NCBI GenBank assembly: GCA_938004395.1
Contig: CALKWC010000042.1
Coordinates: 1 to 54,829, forward strand
DNA length: 54,829 bases
Direction of reading: 5' to 3'
DNA from: an uncultured Marinilabiliales bacterium
Lineage (GTDB): Bacteria > Bacteroidota > Bacteroidia > Bacteroidales > BM523
The number at the start of each line of letters is the position of its first letter. The stretch's first letter is position 1. This document shows, piece by piece, positions 17,827-26,726 of this stretch. The position numbers were made by a program, and so were the translations under genes. The notes under the pieces were generated by a model. It saw only the letters and a list, made by a program, of their open reading frames with translations, had not been told where the DNA came from and did no database searches.

Positions 17827-18824
17827 TGGAAAAAATTAGAGCAGCAATCACAGGTGTGGGAGCATCACTGCCAGATTATATTCTGACAAATGAAGAATTA
17901 GGTAAGATGGTTGATACCACTGATGAGTGGATCATGACCAGAATAGGAATAAAGGAAAGAAGAATTATAAAAGAAAAAGATGAGGGTGCTTCATTTGTGG
18001 GTGCCAAGGCTGTTTCGAATCTTCTTGAAAAAACGGGTACCTCACCAGATGAGGTTGACCTTTTAATCTGTGCAACTGTTACACCTGATATGCAATTCCC
18101 GGCTACTGGAAATATTATTAGCGATAAAGTTGGAATTAAAAATGCATTCAGTTTTGATGTTAATGCAGGTTGTTCAGGATTTTTATATGCTTTAACTACT
18201 GCCAGCAAGTATGTAGAGTCTGGAACTAATAAAAAAGTAGTGGTTGTTGGAGCAGAAAAAATGTCTTCAATTATAGATTATACCGACAGGGCAACTTGTT
18301 GTATCTTTGGTGATGGTGCTGCAGCGGTATTGCTTGAACCAACTACTGAAGAATGTGGTATAATAGATACAAAACTACAATCAGATGGTGTTGGAAGGCA
18401 TCATCTTCATCAGAAAGCTGGAGGATCTGCCAGACCTGCTTCTCATGAAACAGTTGACGCAAGAGAGCATTTTGTCTACCAGGAAGGTCAGCATGTCTTT
18501 AAATGGGCTGTTTCCAACATGGCTGATGTATCTGTAGAAATGATGGAACGCAATGGGATGAAATCAGAAGATCTGACCTGGTTTGTTCCGCATCAGGCAA
18601 ACATGAGAATTATCGAAGCAACAGCCAAAAGAATGGGACTGGACAAGAAACAGGTTATGATCAATATTGAAAAATATGGAAACACAACAGCTGCAACATT
18701 GCCTTTGTGTTTGTATGACTGGGAAAATCAATTGCGAAAGGGTGACAATATTATCCTGGCAACTTTTGGAGCAGGGTTTACTTGGGGTGCAATGTACCTA
18801 AAGTGGGCTTATGATCCTAGGTAG
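17826..18824 (+). CDS. fabH: 3-oxoacyl-ACP synthase III
   Basis: [15 protein letters not shown], active-site NAGCSGF, HQAN, and [10 protein letters not shown]...GAGFTWG. Confidence 0.9.
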   Translation: MEKIRAAITGVGASLPDYILTNEELGKMVDTTDEWIMTRIGIKERRIIKEKDEGASFVGAKAVSNLLEKTGTSPDEVDLLICATVTPDMQFPATGNIISDKVGIKNAFSFDVNAGCSGFLYALTTASKYVESGTNKKVVVVGAEKMSSIIDYTDRATCCIFGDGAAAVLLEPTTEECGIIDTKLQSDGVGRHHLHQKAGGSARPASHETVDAREHFVYQEGQHVFKWAVSNMADVSVEMMERNGMKSEDLTWFVPHQANMRIIEATAKRMGLDKKQVMINIEKYGNTTAATLPLCLYDWENQLRKGDNIILATFGAGFTWGAMYLKWAYDPR

Positions 18825-18827
18825 TGA

Positions 18828-19709
18828 TTAAAAATATGAATGAACGGCAAATCCTGCATTTAGAGATTTGCCGTTTTTTGTTTTTAGTGAAAGATCCATT
18901 ACACGAATGGAGATGTTTTTCGGAAAGCATTTTGTAAAAAGTTTTTTTAACTCATAAGGAGTGTAATCTCCAGAATAAATACTGGCGATAATCAATCCGT
19001 TTTTTTTATCAATCAATTGGTTGATGTTTTCAAGTAAAGCTTCCAAATCTTTTTCAAGCTTCCAGATTTCACCTTTTGGACCTCTTCCAAAATATGGAGG
19101 ATCAAGAATTATACATTGATATTTGTTGCCTCTTCTGATTTCTTTGGACACAAATTTAACAGCATCGTCATGTATCCATCTTATATCAGAAAGATCAGAC
19201 CTGCTCATATTTTCTTTGCCCCAGGTGTTAAGCTTTTTTATGGCTTCAACATGCGTAACATTGCTGCCTGCTGCACTGGCAACCAATGAGGCAATTCCTG
19301 TATATGCAAATAAATTTAGTGTTTTTGGCTTGCTGTGTTTGTTCAGAAAGCTGTACAGTTTGTTCCAGTTCTCAATTTGTTCAGGAAATATGCCAATATG
19401 TTTGAATTCAGTTTTTTGCAGTTCAATATTGATTATTTTTCTTTTTGCAGCTATTTGTACTAACCATTCATTTTTATTCATAGGAACAAATGGTTTCCAA
19501 TAGCCGGATTTATTATCTTTCTCAATAAATTCCGCATGTGCATATTTTTCCCATATATTTAAGCTTGGTAGAATTCCTTTTGCATTTGTTTCTGGACGGA
19601 TAAGTTTAATATCTCCAAATTGCTCCAGCTTTTTGCCATTTCCAAAATCAATAAGATCGTAGCCTGTGAATTTTACTGGTTCGTATTTTTGGTTTTTGGT
19701 TTTTGGCAT
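18828..19709 (-). CDS. Class I SAM-dependent (rRNA-type, RlmI/RlmK-like) methyltransferase
   Basis: LNLFAYTGIASLVASAAG (motif I) and IILDPPYFGRGPKGE (motif IV, DPPY). Confidence 0.7.
   Translation of the reverse strand: MPKTKNQKYEPVKFTGYDLIDFGNGKKLEQFGDIKLIRPETNAKGILPSLNIWEKYAHAEFIEKDNKSGYWKPFVPMNKNEWLVQIAAKRKIINIELQKTEFKHIGIFPEQIENWNKLYSFLNKHSKPKTLNLFAYTGIASLVASAAGSNVTHVEAIKKLNTWGKENMSRSDLSDIRWIHDDAVKFVSKEIRRGNKYQCIILDPPYFGRGPKGEIWKLEKDLEALLENINQLIDKKNGLIIASIYSGDYTPYELKKLFTKCFPKNISIRVMDLSLKTKNGKSLNAGFAVHSYF
18844..18886 (+). terminator. Rho-independent terminator of the fabH operon, embedded in the 3' end of the convergent gene
   Basis: A 10-bp stem, acggcaaatc (18844-18853) / gatttgccgt (18865-18874), followed by tttttgttttt. 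Confidence 0.5.
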
Positions 19710-20020
19710 CCTACTCGTGTTAAATACAATTTACTAGCCCAAATAGATGGTTAAGATTGAATATAGTTTTACCCGAACTAAGTTAATTTATTTTCATACA
19801 ATGAAACAATGAACAGAGAATAAATTATCTAGAGGTCCTTTCTTTATTGAGCTTTCCCACCAAAATTTTCGTTAGGGTTATTGGCCTGTAATACTTGTTT
19901 AGTATGGGAGTTTGCAGTTCAATAAATTGGCTTTTCATTTGCAATTCTAAAATAGCACAATAGACTATTAAGTATTTTATTCCTTTTTGATTAGCTATTT
20001 CATTATAAGCCAATATTTCA

Positions 20021-20028
20021 TACCTTTG
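20021..20028 (+). promoter_or_regulatory. TAnnTTTG -7 box upstream of the SPOR-domain gene
   Basis: TACCTTTG lies about 33 nt upstream of the ATG at 20061. Confidence 0.4.
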
Positions 20029-20060
20029 CTTTAAAGGAGAATATACCTAAAATATTGGCT

Positions 20061-21845
20061 ATGAATAATCAACATCTTATCACCCTTTTGGAAACTGAAA
20101 GCAGAATAATCCTTCCTGATTTTGGAGCTTTTATCGTTAAGCAGGGAGAACAACGATCTATAATCTTTAATGAATTGCTAAAGTTTAATGATGGTTTGAT
20201 TGTAAATTATCTTGTGAAAAGTGAAGGTATAAGCAAGGATGAAGCAGAAGGAAATTTGGCCGCATTTATACAAAAAATTAGTGAAAGACTTTCAGCTGAA
20301 AAGCCATATATAATTGAAAATGTTGGAGTTTTTTATACAGATGATAAAGGTAAAATTCAGTTTGATCAGTATAAAGATAAAGCAGAGAAAAGTAAGTCAG
20401 TAGAAAAAGAAGCATCAAAACCGGAAGAAAAGAAGACAAAGGGAGATAAAAAAACAGAAAAGAAAACTGTTGATCAAGGCACTGATGCTAAACCAAAGGG
20501 TGAAAACATTCAGAAAAAAGATAACAAAAGTGCACCACCGGTTCCACCTCAGACTGAATCAGCTGTAAAACAGGAGAGTAGTAAAGAAACAGACGAGCCG
20601 TTAAAAGAGAAGAAACAGGATGGGAAACCAAAGGATACTAAGGCTTCAAAGGAAAAACAGAACGATAAAAAGGATGAGATAAAAGCAGAAGAGAAAAAGC
20701 CTAAAGTAGATGAAAAGGTTGAAACGGGAAAGCAAAATCAACCAGAAAAGAACGATAAAAAAGAACCTGAAAAACCAAAGGAAAAAATCAAGCCTGAAAA
20801 GTCGGTTGATGGTTCTGTTTCTTCAGAAAATAAGGAGAAGTCAAGCGATAAAAATGAAGTAAAAGAAACAGTCGTTGCTTCAAAAACTGAGAATGAAGAA
20901 AAACCAAAAAAAAAGGACCAAAAGAAACAGGAAAATAATAAACTTGAAAAGAAGGCCGAGGGAAAAGATAAAAAAGAGGTTAAGGCTGAAACTAAGAATA
21001 AGCAAGATAAGGAACTGGAAGATCAAAAAAAGATCGAGGCGAAAAAAGCGCAGGATGCGAAAAAGAAAAAAGAAAAAGAGGAGAAAGAGGCCAAAAAAGA
21101 AGAAGCGCGGAAGAAAAAAACGCAACTGAAAAAAGAAAAGGAACAAAAAAAGAAGGAACTAAGAGAGAAGAAAAAAACAGGTGCTACCAATAAAGAAAAT
21201 ACGGATAAACCAGAACAAAAGAAGAAATCAATGTTATGGCTTTGGTTGCTTCTGGGTATAGGAATCCCGGTAGTCGGGCTGGCTGTTTTTGTGGTACTAA
21301 ATCTTTCTATGGTAATGGGTTTGATTGGCATGTCTCCCGTTGAAGAATATGCTATTGCTGAAATTTCAGAAGAAATCGAAGCCGTAACACAGGATGCGGA
21401 AGTATCGCCAACGCAGGATGCTGTTGCTCCAGTAGATTCAATAGAAGAGGAAAATAATGATACTGCCTCAGAAACCAAAGCAAAGGTAGATGAACCTGAA
21501 AACAATATAGGGACAGAGGAATTAGCTGCTGAGCCAGCAATAGAAGAACCTGAAACTGTTTCCGAACAGGCTGAAGAAACAAAACCCGAAAAGAACGTAA
21601 TTTCACCTGCCCCGGAAAAGGGTAATTATTTTGTTGTTGTAGGATGTTTTGCTCAGAAAGGTATGGCTGATGATTATGTTCAGAAAATAAAATCTCAGGG
21701 ATTTGATGCTCATATTTTTGGAAAAATTGGTAAATATCATGCCATAACAACCGGATCATATTCAAGTATGGCTGAAGCAAATAAGGCTTTGAATAATTTT
21801 AATGCATCTGTAGATCCCGATGGTTGGGTATACCATAAAAAATAG
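20061..21845 (+). CDS. SPOR domain protein with an HU-like N-terminal domain, a long K/E-rich low-complexity linker and one TM helix
   Basis: The N-terminus is LPDFGAFIVKQ...FNELLKFNDG (HU/CCDC81-like). About 270 aa of K/E/P low complexity follow, then the TM helix LWLWLLLGIGIPVVGLAVFVVL. The C-terminal part is YFVVVGCFAQKGMADDYVQKIKSQGFDAHIF (SPOR). Confidence 0.75.
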   Translation: MNNQHLITLLETESRIILPDFGAFIVKQGEQRSIIFNELLKFNDGLIVNYLVKSEGISKDEAEGNLAAFIQKISERLSAEKPYIIENVGVFYTDDKGKIQFDQYKDKAEKSKSVEKEASKPEEKKTKGDKKTEKKTVDQGTDAKPKGENIQKKDNKSAPPVPPQTESAVKQESSKETDEPLKEKKQDGKPKDTKASKEKQNDKKDEIKAEEKKPKVDEKVETGKQNQPEKNDKKEPEKPKEKIKPEKSVDGSVSSENKEKSSDKNEVKETVVASKTENEEKPKKKDQKKQENNKLEKKAEGKDKKEVKAETKNKQDKELEDQKKIEAKKAQDAKKKKEKEEKEAKKEEARKKKTQLKKEKEQKKKELREKKKTGATNKENTDKPEQKKKSMLWLWLLLGIGIPVVGLAVFVVLNLSMVMGLIGMSPVEEYAIAEISEEIEAVTQDAEVSPTQDAVAPVDSIEEENNDTASETKAKVDEPENNIGTEELAAEPAIEEPETVSEQAEETKPEKNVISPAPEKGNYFVVVGCFAQKGMADDYVQKIKSQGFDAHIFGKIGKYHAITTGSYSSMAEANKALNNFNASVDPDGWVYHKK

Positions 21846-21995
21846 CGTTGAAGGGCTTAAAGGAAAAAACTATCAATATGTTAACTGTTGACAATTCAGG
21901 CAATTAAGTCCTTGTTCTTATTGAATGTTAATAATCATTTATTTGAAAGTCTCTGTGGCTGACGTATTTTAGTAAATTAGTATAAAACTAGGTGC

Positions 21996-23438
21996 GTGAA
22001 AAATACAGTGAAAGATCAACTGATTTCTTTGTTTGAAACATGGTCTGGAGTAAAAGCAGCTGAAGTTGTTAAATTGCCTCCAAGTGGTTCATATAGAGAG
22101 TATTACAGGATTTCGGGAGCCGGCAAAAAGGCAATAGGTGCGTATAATGCTGATAAAAAGGAGAATGAATCGTTTATATATTTTACCCGGCATTTCATAA
22201 AGCAGGGACTTAAGGTACCTGAAATATATGCAACAGGTAAAGACAATACAATTTATCTTCTTCAGGATTTAGGAAATACAACGCTTTTTAGTTACCTCTC
22301 CAAGGTGAGAAAAACCAATGAATTCCCTTCTGAGCTCGAAGATATTTATAGTAAAGTATTGGAGGAATTACCAAAGTTCCAGATTTTGGGTGCCAATGAT
22401 ATTGATTATTCTTATGGTTATCCAAGGGCTGCTTTTGACAGACAGAGCATGCTTTGGGATTTGAATTACTTCAAATATTATTTTCTGAAACTGGCAAAAA
22501 TTCATTTTTATGAGCACGATTTAGAGAAAGATTATCATACATTTATTGATTTTCTGCTTGCCGCAGATTGCAATTATTTTCTGTATCGTGATTTTCAGAC
22601 AAGGAATATTATGTTGATGGATGGAGAGCCTTATTTCATAGATTACCAAGGTGGACGAAGAGGTGCTTTGCATTACGATGTTGCTTCTCTTTTGTACCAG
22701 GCAAAGGCCGCTATACCTGAAACAACTCGACAGAAACTGGTAAAACACTATATTTCTGCAGCAAATAAGTTAATGCCTCTCTCTGAGGAGAAGTTTTTTG
22801 AGCATTACTATGGTTATGTATTGATACGAATGCTGCAGGCAATGGGAGCATATGGCTTTAGAGGTTTTTACGAAAGAAAAGAACACTTCTTATCAAGTAT
22901 TCCTTTTGTTATAGATAATATTAAATGGATATTAGAGAATGTTCCATTACCGGTAAAGTTACCTGCATTGGAAAATGTTTTAACACAGATTGTAGAATCA
23001 AAGGAACTGAAAAAGTATGCACCAAAAAAACACAAACCCAATCGGTTAAATGTCTATGTCAGTAGCTTTAGTTACAAAAAAGAATTGCCTGTTGATGATT
23101 CCGGAAATGGAGGGGGTTTTCTTTTTGATTGCAGAGCATTGCCAAATCCAGGTAGGTTTGAAGAATATAAAGATAAAACAGGTCGGGATTCTGAAGTAAT
23201 TGAGTTTTTGCAAAAAGAAGATGCTGTTTTTAAGTTTTTAAACAATGCATATGCAATTGTAGATCAATCCGTCGAAAAATATATTTTAAGAGATTTTTCC
23301 AATCTTTTGGTTGGTTTTGGATGTACAGGTGGCCAGCACAGATCAGTATATTGCGCAGAAATGATGGCAAAACATCTGAAAGAAAAGTATAATGTGAAAA
23401 TTACACTGCATCATATTGTACAAGAAATTAAGGAATAA
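21996..23438 (+). CDS. Aminoglycoside-phosphotransferase-fold sugar kinase (AmgK-like) fused to a RapZ C-terminal-like domain; GTG start
   Basis: The APH-type catalytic region is YRDFQTRNIMLMDGEPYFIDYQG. The C-terminal roughly 130 aa carry FDCRALPNPGR and GCTGGQHRSVY, which are signatures of the RapZ C-terminal domain. Confidence 0.6.
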   Translation: MKNTVKDQLISLFETWSGVKAAEVVKLPPSGSYREYYRISGAGKKAIGAYNADKKENESFIYFTRHFIKQGLKVPEIYATGKDNTIYLLQDLGNTTLFSYLSKVRKTNEFPSELEDIYSKVLEELPKFQILGANDIDYSYGYPRAAFDRQSMLWDLNYFKYYFLKLAKIHFYEHDLEKDYHTFIDFLLAADCNYFLYRDFQTRNIMLMDGEPYFIDYQGGRRGALHYDVASLLYQAKAAIPETTRQKLVKHYISAANKLMPLSEEKFFEHYYGYVLIRMLQAMGAYGFRGFYERKEHFLSSIPFVIDNIKWILENVPLPVKLPALENVLTQIVESKELKKYAPKKHKPNRLNVYVSSFSYKKELPVDDSGNGGGFLFDCRALPNPGRFEEYKDKTGRDSEVIEFLQKEDAVFKFLNNAYAIVDQSVEKYILRDFSNLLVGFGCTGGQHRSVYCAEMMAKHLKEKYNVKITLHHIVQEIKE

Positions 23439-23455
23439 GTGCTAATCGGAAAGTT

Positions 23456-24193
23456 ATGAAAGCAATGATTTTTGCAGCTGGTCTTGGAACACGACTAAGA
23501 CCATATACAAATGACAAGCCCAAAGCGTTGGTTGCAGTTAATGGAACACCAATGCTTGGTTTATTGTTAGGGCTGCTTGAAAGACAGGGGATTGATTTTG
23601 TGGTTATCAATGTTCACCATTATGCAGAAAAAATTGTTGATTATGTGAAAAATTTGAGAAAGAATCTGAAAATGGAAATCCACATATCTGATGAATCTGA
23701 TTTTTTACTGGATACTGGGGGTGGCTTACTGAAGGCGAAGAAATATTTTCTTGAAGGAGAACCTTTTTTGGTTCATAATGTTGATGTTATCTCAGAAATA
23801 AATTTTCAGGAATTATTAAATGAACATCAGAAAAATGGGAATGCTGTAACTTTGGCTGTTAGAAACCGGAAAACATCAAGATACTTTTTGTTCGATTCTT
23901 CTCATCGTCTTTGTGGATGGAAAAACATGAAATCCAATGAGATTAAAATACCATGCCGACCTGAAGGAAAGATGTTTTCATTGGCCTTTAGCGGTATTCA
24001 GATAATTGATCCTTTGATTTTTAATTATATGGATAAACAGGGAAAGTTTTCGATAACAAATTTCTACATAGATTTGGCTGCAAAAGAAAAAATTGGCTGT
24101 TATCGGCACGATGATACCTTTTGGATGGATCTGGGTACCATTGAAAAGCTTGATGAAGCATCAAAATATTTAAAAAGTACAGATTATGAGTAA
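23456..24193 (+). CDS. Sugar-1-phosphate nucleotidyltransferase (MurU-like)
   Basis: MKAMIFAAGLGTRLRPYTNDKPKALV at the N-terminus. It lies immediately downstream of the AmgK-like kinase. Confidence 0.7.
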   Translation: MKAMIFAAGLGTRLRPYTNDKPKALVAVNGTPMLGLLLGLLERQGIDFVVINVHHYAEKIVDYVKNLRKNLKMEIHISDESDFLLDTGGGLLKAKKYFLEGEPFLVHNVDVISEINFQELLNEHQKNGNAVTLAVRNRKTSRYFLFDSSHRLCGWKNMKSNEIKIPCRPEGKMFSLAFSGIQIIDPLIFNYMDKQGKFSITNFYIDLAAKEKIGCYRHDDTFWMDLGTIEKLDEASKYLKSTDYE

Positions 24194-24728
24194 AGAATTA
24201 TCCATTGGAGCAAGAGTTGAGCATCCTGTTTATGGTGAAGGTATAGTTAGCCGTGTAAATTACACCAGCTATGAAATATTTTTTGAAAGAAAAGGAAAGC
24301 TGGATATATCAAAGTCAAACGATGAATTAATCATACTGGAAGAAGGAACTGGTGAAACAGGGAGTTCCAGAGGTCCGGCGTTTTCAGATATGATTGCTGC
24401 AATCGAAGAGGTGCTTGATAAAAACGGCGCATTACAGGAAAAAGTACCCCTTGGATCGAAGTGGGTAGGAGGGAATATGATTTTGCAACCTGGAGAAGAA
24501 GGCTTAAAATCAAAAGAAATTCCTATTGAAACTTTTTTCCACAAAATTGTTATGGTTCGCGATAGACTTCGGGTATTGGAACAAAATATAAATAGTCATT
24601 CCAAATTAGATGATGAAGAAAAAGTAAATCTTCAGCAATATATTACACGGGCATATGGTAGTTTAACATCGTTTAATGTACTGTTTAGCGAGAAGGAGCA
24701 CTATTTCTCCGGTCAGAAGTCTAAATAA
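24186..24728 (+). CDS. Hypothetical protein (small N-terminal tudor/SH3-like beta motif)
   Basis: GARVEHPVYGEGIVSRV motif. It overlaps the upstream gene by 8 nt and the downstream ATG by 1 nt, which suggests translational coupling. Confidence 0.45.
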   Translation: MSKELSIGARVEHPVYGEGIVSRVNYTSYEIFFERKGKLDISKSNDELIILEEGTGETGSSRGPAFSDMIAAIEEVLDKNGALQEKVPLGSKWVGGNMILQPGEEGLKSKEIPIETFFHKIVMVRDRLRVLEQNINSHSKLDDEEKVNLQQYITRAYGSLTSFNVLFSEKEHYFSGQKSK

Positions 24729-25702
24729 TGCAATGTAAGTTTGGTTTAAGGCTTGGTTTGTACTCTTGTTTGCTTTTCCTTATAGCTCAGACTATTGGTG
24801 TGGCGCAGGCTATAAAGGAAATACCTGATTTTGGCAATAATCCCGGCAATCTAAAAGCATATTATTTTTTGTCAGATCAACATTCTTTACAACAAAACAT
24901 ACCAATGGTAGTTGTTTTGCATGGCTGTTCCCAGAATGCAAAAACTGTGGCTAAAGAATCTGGGTGGAATGAACTGGCTGTTCAGTATGGATTTTTTGTT
25001 TTATATCCTGAGCAGAAACGCATAAATAACTCCTCCAATTGTTTTAACTGGTTTCTGGAAAAGGATTTCTCAGGTAAGAAAGGAGAATTGGAATCAATCA
25101 GAAATATGATATATAAAGCGATTGATAGTTTTTCTGTTGATACTTCACGGATATTTGTGTACGGTTTATCGGCCGGGGGTGCTTTATCTGTGGCATTAAT
25201 GGCTAATTATCCCGATTTCTTTCAATCTGGAGCAGTTTTGGCTGCTGGCCCATATTTCTCTGCTACAGGACCTGTTGAAGCCCTGAAGACTATGAGAAAA
25301 CCAAAAAAAATGTTGCCTTGTGAATGGGCCGCTCCCGTTAAGGCGATTAACCCCTCTGCAGATTATCCTGAGTTAATCATAGTACACGGAGAAGAAGATA
25401 AAATGGTAAATATTGGTAATTCTGTGCAGTTGATTAATCAGTGGTCCTGTTTACTGGATATGGATACTATTCCCGATGAGGTTGATACGAATTTTTCAGG
25501 AGTGAAGGAAGTTACGCAGATTCTATATCAAAATATGAATACGAAAAAATCAGTGGTGTTTTACCGGATAAAAGGCCTGGGGCACGCTCTTCCTGTAGAT
25601 CCCGGCTCAGAACCAAAACAGGGCGGTTCCTGTGGCCGATTTTCGAAGGATATCGGTTTCTTTTCTACATATTATATTGCGAAGTATTTTGAGCTTTTTT
25701 AG
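24728..25702 (+). CDS. Secreted PHB-depolymerase-family esterase (LpqC-like alpha/beta hydrolase)
   Basis: It has a signal peptide. Other motifs are VVVLHGCSQNA...GWNELA...YPEQ...NCFNWF and the nucleophile elbow GLSAGGA. Confidence 0.7.
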   Translation: MQCKFGLRLGLYSCLLFLIAQTIGVAQAIKEIPDFGNNPGNLKAYYFLSDQHSLQQNIPMVVVLHGCSQNAKTVAKESGWNELAVQYGFFVLYPEQKRINNSSNCFNWFLEKDFSGKKGELESIRNMIYKAIDSFSVDTSRIFVYGLSAGGALSVALMANYPDFFQSGAVLAAGPYFSATGPVEALKTMRKPKKMLPCEWAAPVKAINPSADYPELIIVHGEEDKMVNIGNSVQLINQWSCLLDMDTIPDEVDTNFSGVKEVTQILYQNMNTKKSVVFYRIKGLGHALPVDPGSEPKQGGSCGRFSKDIGFFSTYYIAKYFELF

Positions 25703-25765
25703 TAAGAGGGATAGCAGTATACAACTACATGTTGTATTTCATATAGAATCTTCCGTAAAAAATGT

Positions 25766-25773
25766 TAAATTTG
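25766..25773 (+). promoter_or_regulatory. TAnnTTTG -7 box upstream of the DUF362 cluster
   Basis: TAAATTTG lies 26 nt upstream of the ATG at 25799. Confidence 0.4.
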
Positions 25774-25798
25774 GTTAACTCCAAAAACAAGCAGAAAT

Positions 25799-26725
25799 AT
25801 GAAAAGAAGAGAATTTTTAAAAAAGGGTATAGCTGCAGGAATTGTAGCAGGTTCAGCACTTACTTTTGATGGTGTAAACAGGCTTTTTGCAGCAAGCTAT
25901 TCACCCGCCGACAAACCATACGATTTGGTTGCCGTAAAAGGTTCATCATCTGCCAACATGTTTGAAAAAGGAATTGCTGAGTTGGGCGGAATGAAAAATT
26001 TTGTCAAACCTGGTCAGAAGGTTGTTGTAAAACCTAATATTGGTTGGGATTGCGTTCCTGAAAGAGCAGCAAATACAAATCCTCAGCTGATAGGAAAGAT
26101 TGTTGAACATTGCATGAATGCAGGAGCTAAAGAGGTTTATGTATTTGATAATACATGCGATAAATGGGAGAAATGCTATACCAATAGCGGAATAGAGAAA
26201 GCGGTAAAAGATGCTGGTGGAAAAACTGTTCCGGGAAATCTTGAAGATTCATACAAAGAAGTTACTATTCCAAAGGGTGTGAAATTAAAAAGTTCAAAAG
26301 TTCATGAGCTGATATTGAACTCAGATGTATTTATCAATGTTCCTATCTTGAAAAGTCATGGTAGTGCACGATTAACCATTGCGATGAAAAATCTTATGGG
26401 AATTGTTTGGAATAGGAGATATTGGCATCTTCATGACCTTCATCAGTGTATCGCAGATTTTGCCACATACAGTAAGCCTCATTTGAATATTGTGGATGCA
26501 TATGCTGTTATGATGGAAAATGGTCCCAGAGGTGTTTCTGTCGATGACGTTCAGATTCTCAAATCTATGATCATATCTCCCGATATTGTTGCTGCAGATA
26601 CTGCTGCTGCCAAGATATTTGGAATTGAGCCCGAAGAAATACAATATATCAAACTGGCTGCTGAAATGGGCGTTGGGAAAATGAAGCTTGAAGATTTGGC
26701 AATCAAGAGAATAAAAATGTCATAA
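25799..26725 (+). CDS. Tat-signal DUF362 domain protein
   Basis: Twin-arginine leader MKRREFLKKGIAAG. The DUF362 core is VVKPNIGW...PILKSHGSARLTIAMKNLMG...DAYAVMMENGP. Confidence 0.7.
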   Translation: MKRREFLKKGIAAGIVAGSALTFDGVNRLFAASYSPADKPYDLVAVKGSSSANMFEKGIAELGGMKNFVKPGQKVVVKPNIGWDCVPERAANTNPQLIGKIVEHCMNAGAKEVYVFDNTCDKWEKCYTNSGIEKAVKDAGGKTVPGNLEDSYKEVTIPKGVKLKSSKVHELILNSDVFINVPILKSHGSARLTIAMKNLMGIVWNRRYWHLHDLHQCIADFATYSKPHLNIVDAYAVMMENGPRGVSVDDVQILKSMIISPDIVAADTAAAKIFGIEPEEIQYIKLAAEMGVGKMKLEDLAIKRIKMS

Positions 26726-26726
26726 G

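Noticed and set aside
19710-20054. 345-bp intergenic region with a 62-aa ORF; examined for an ncRNA or riboswitch
   Set aside because: I could not recognise any conserved RNA motif or convincing extended secondary structure by eye. It probably holds divergent promoters. A covariance-model scan (Rfam/Infernal) would be needed to say more.
20875-21505. ORFs of 84-160 aa in alternative frames and on the opposite strand within the SPOR-protein gene
   Set aside because: They are made of K/R or F/L/S homopolymer-like runs, generated by the purine-rich low-complexity coding DNA. The + strand frame with HU-like, TM and SPOR domains is clearly the real one.
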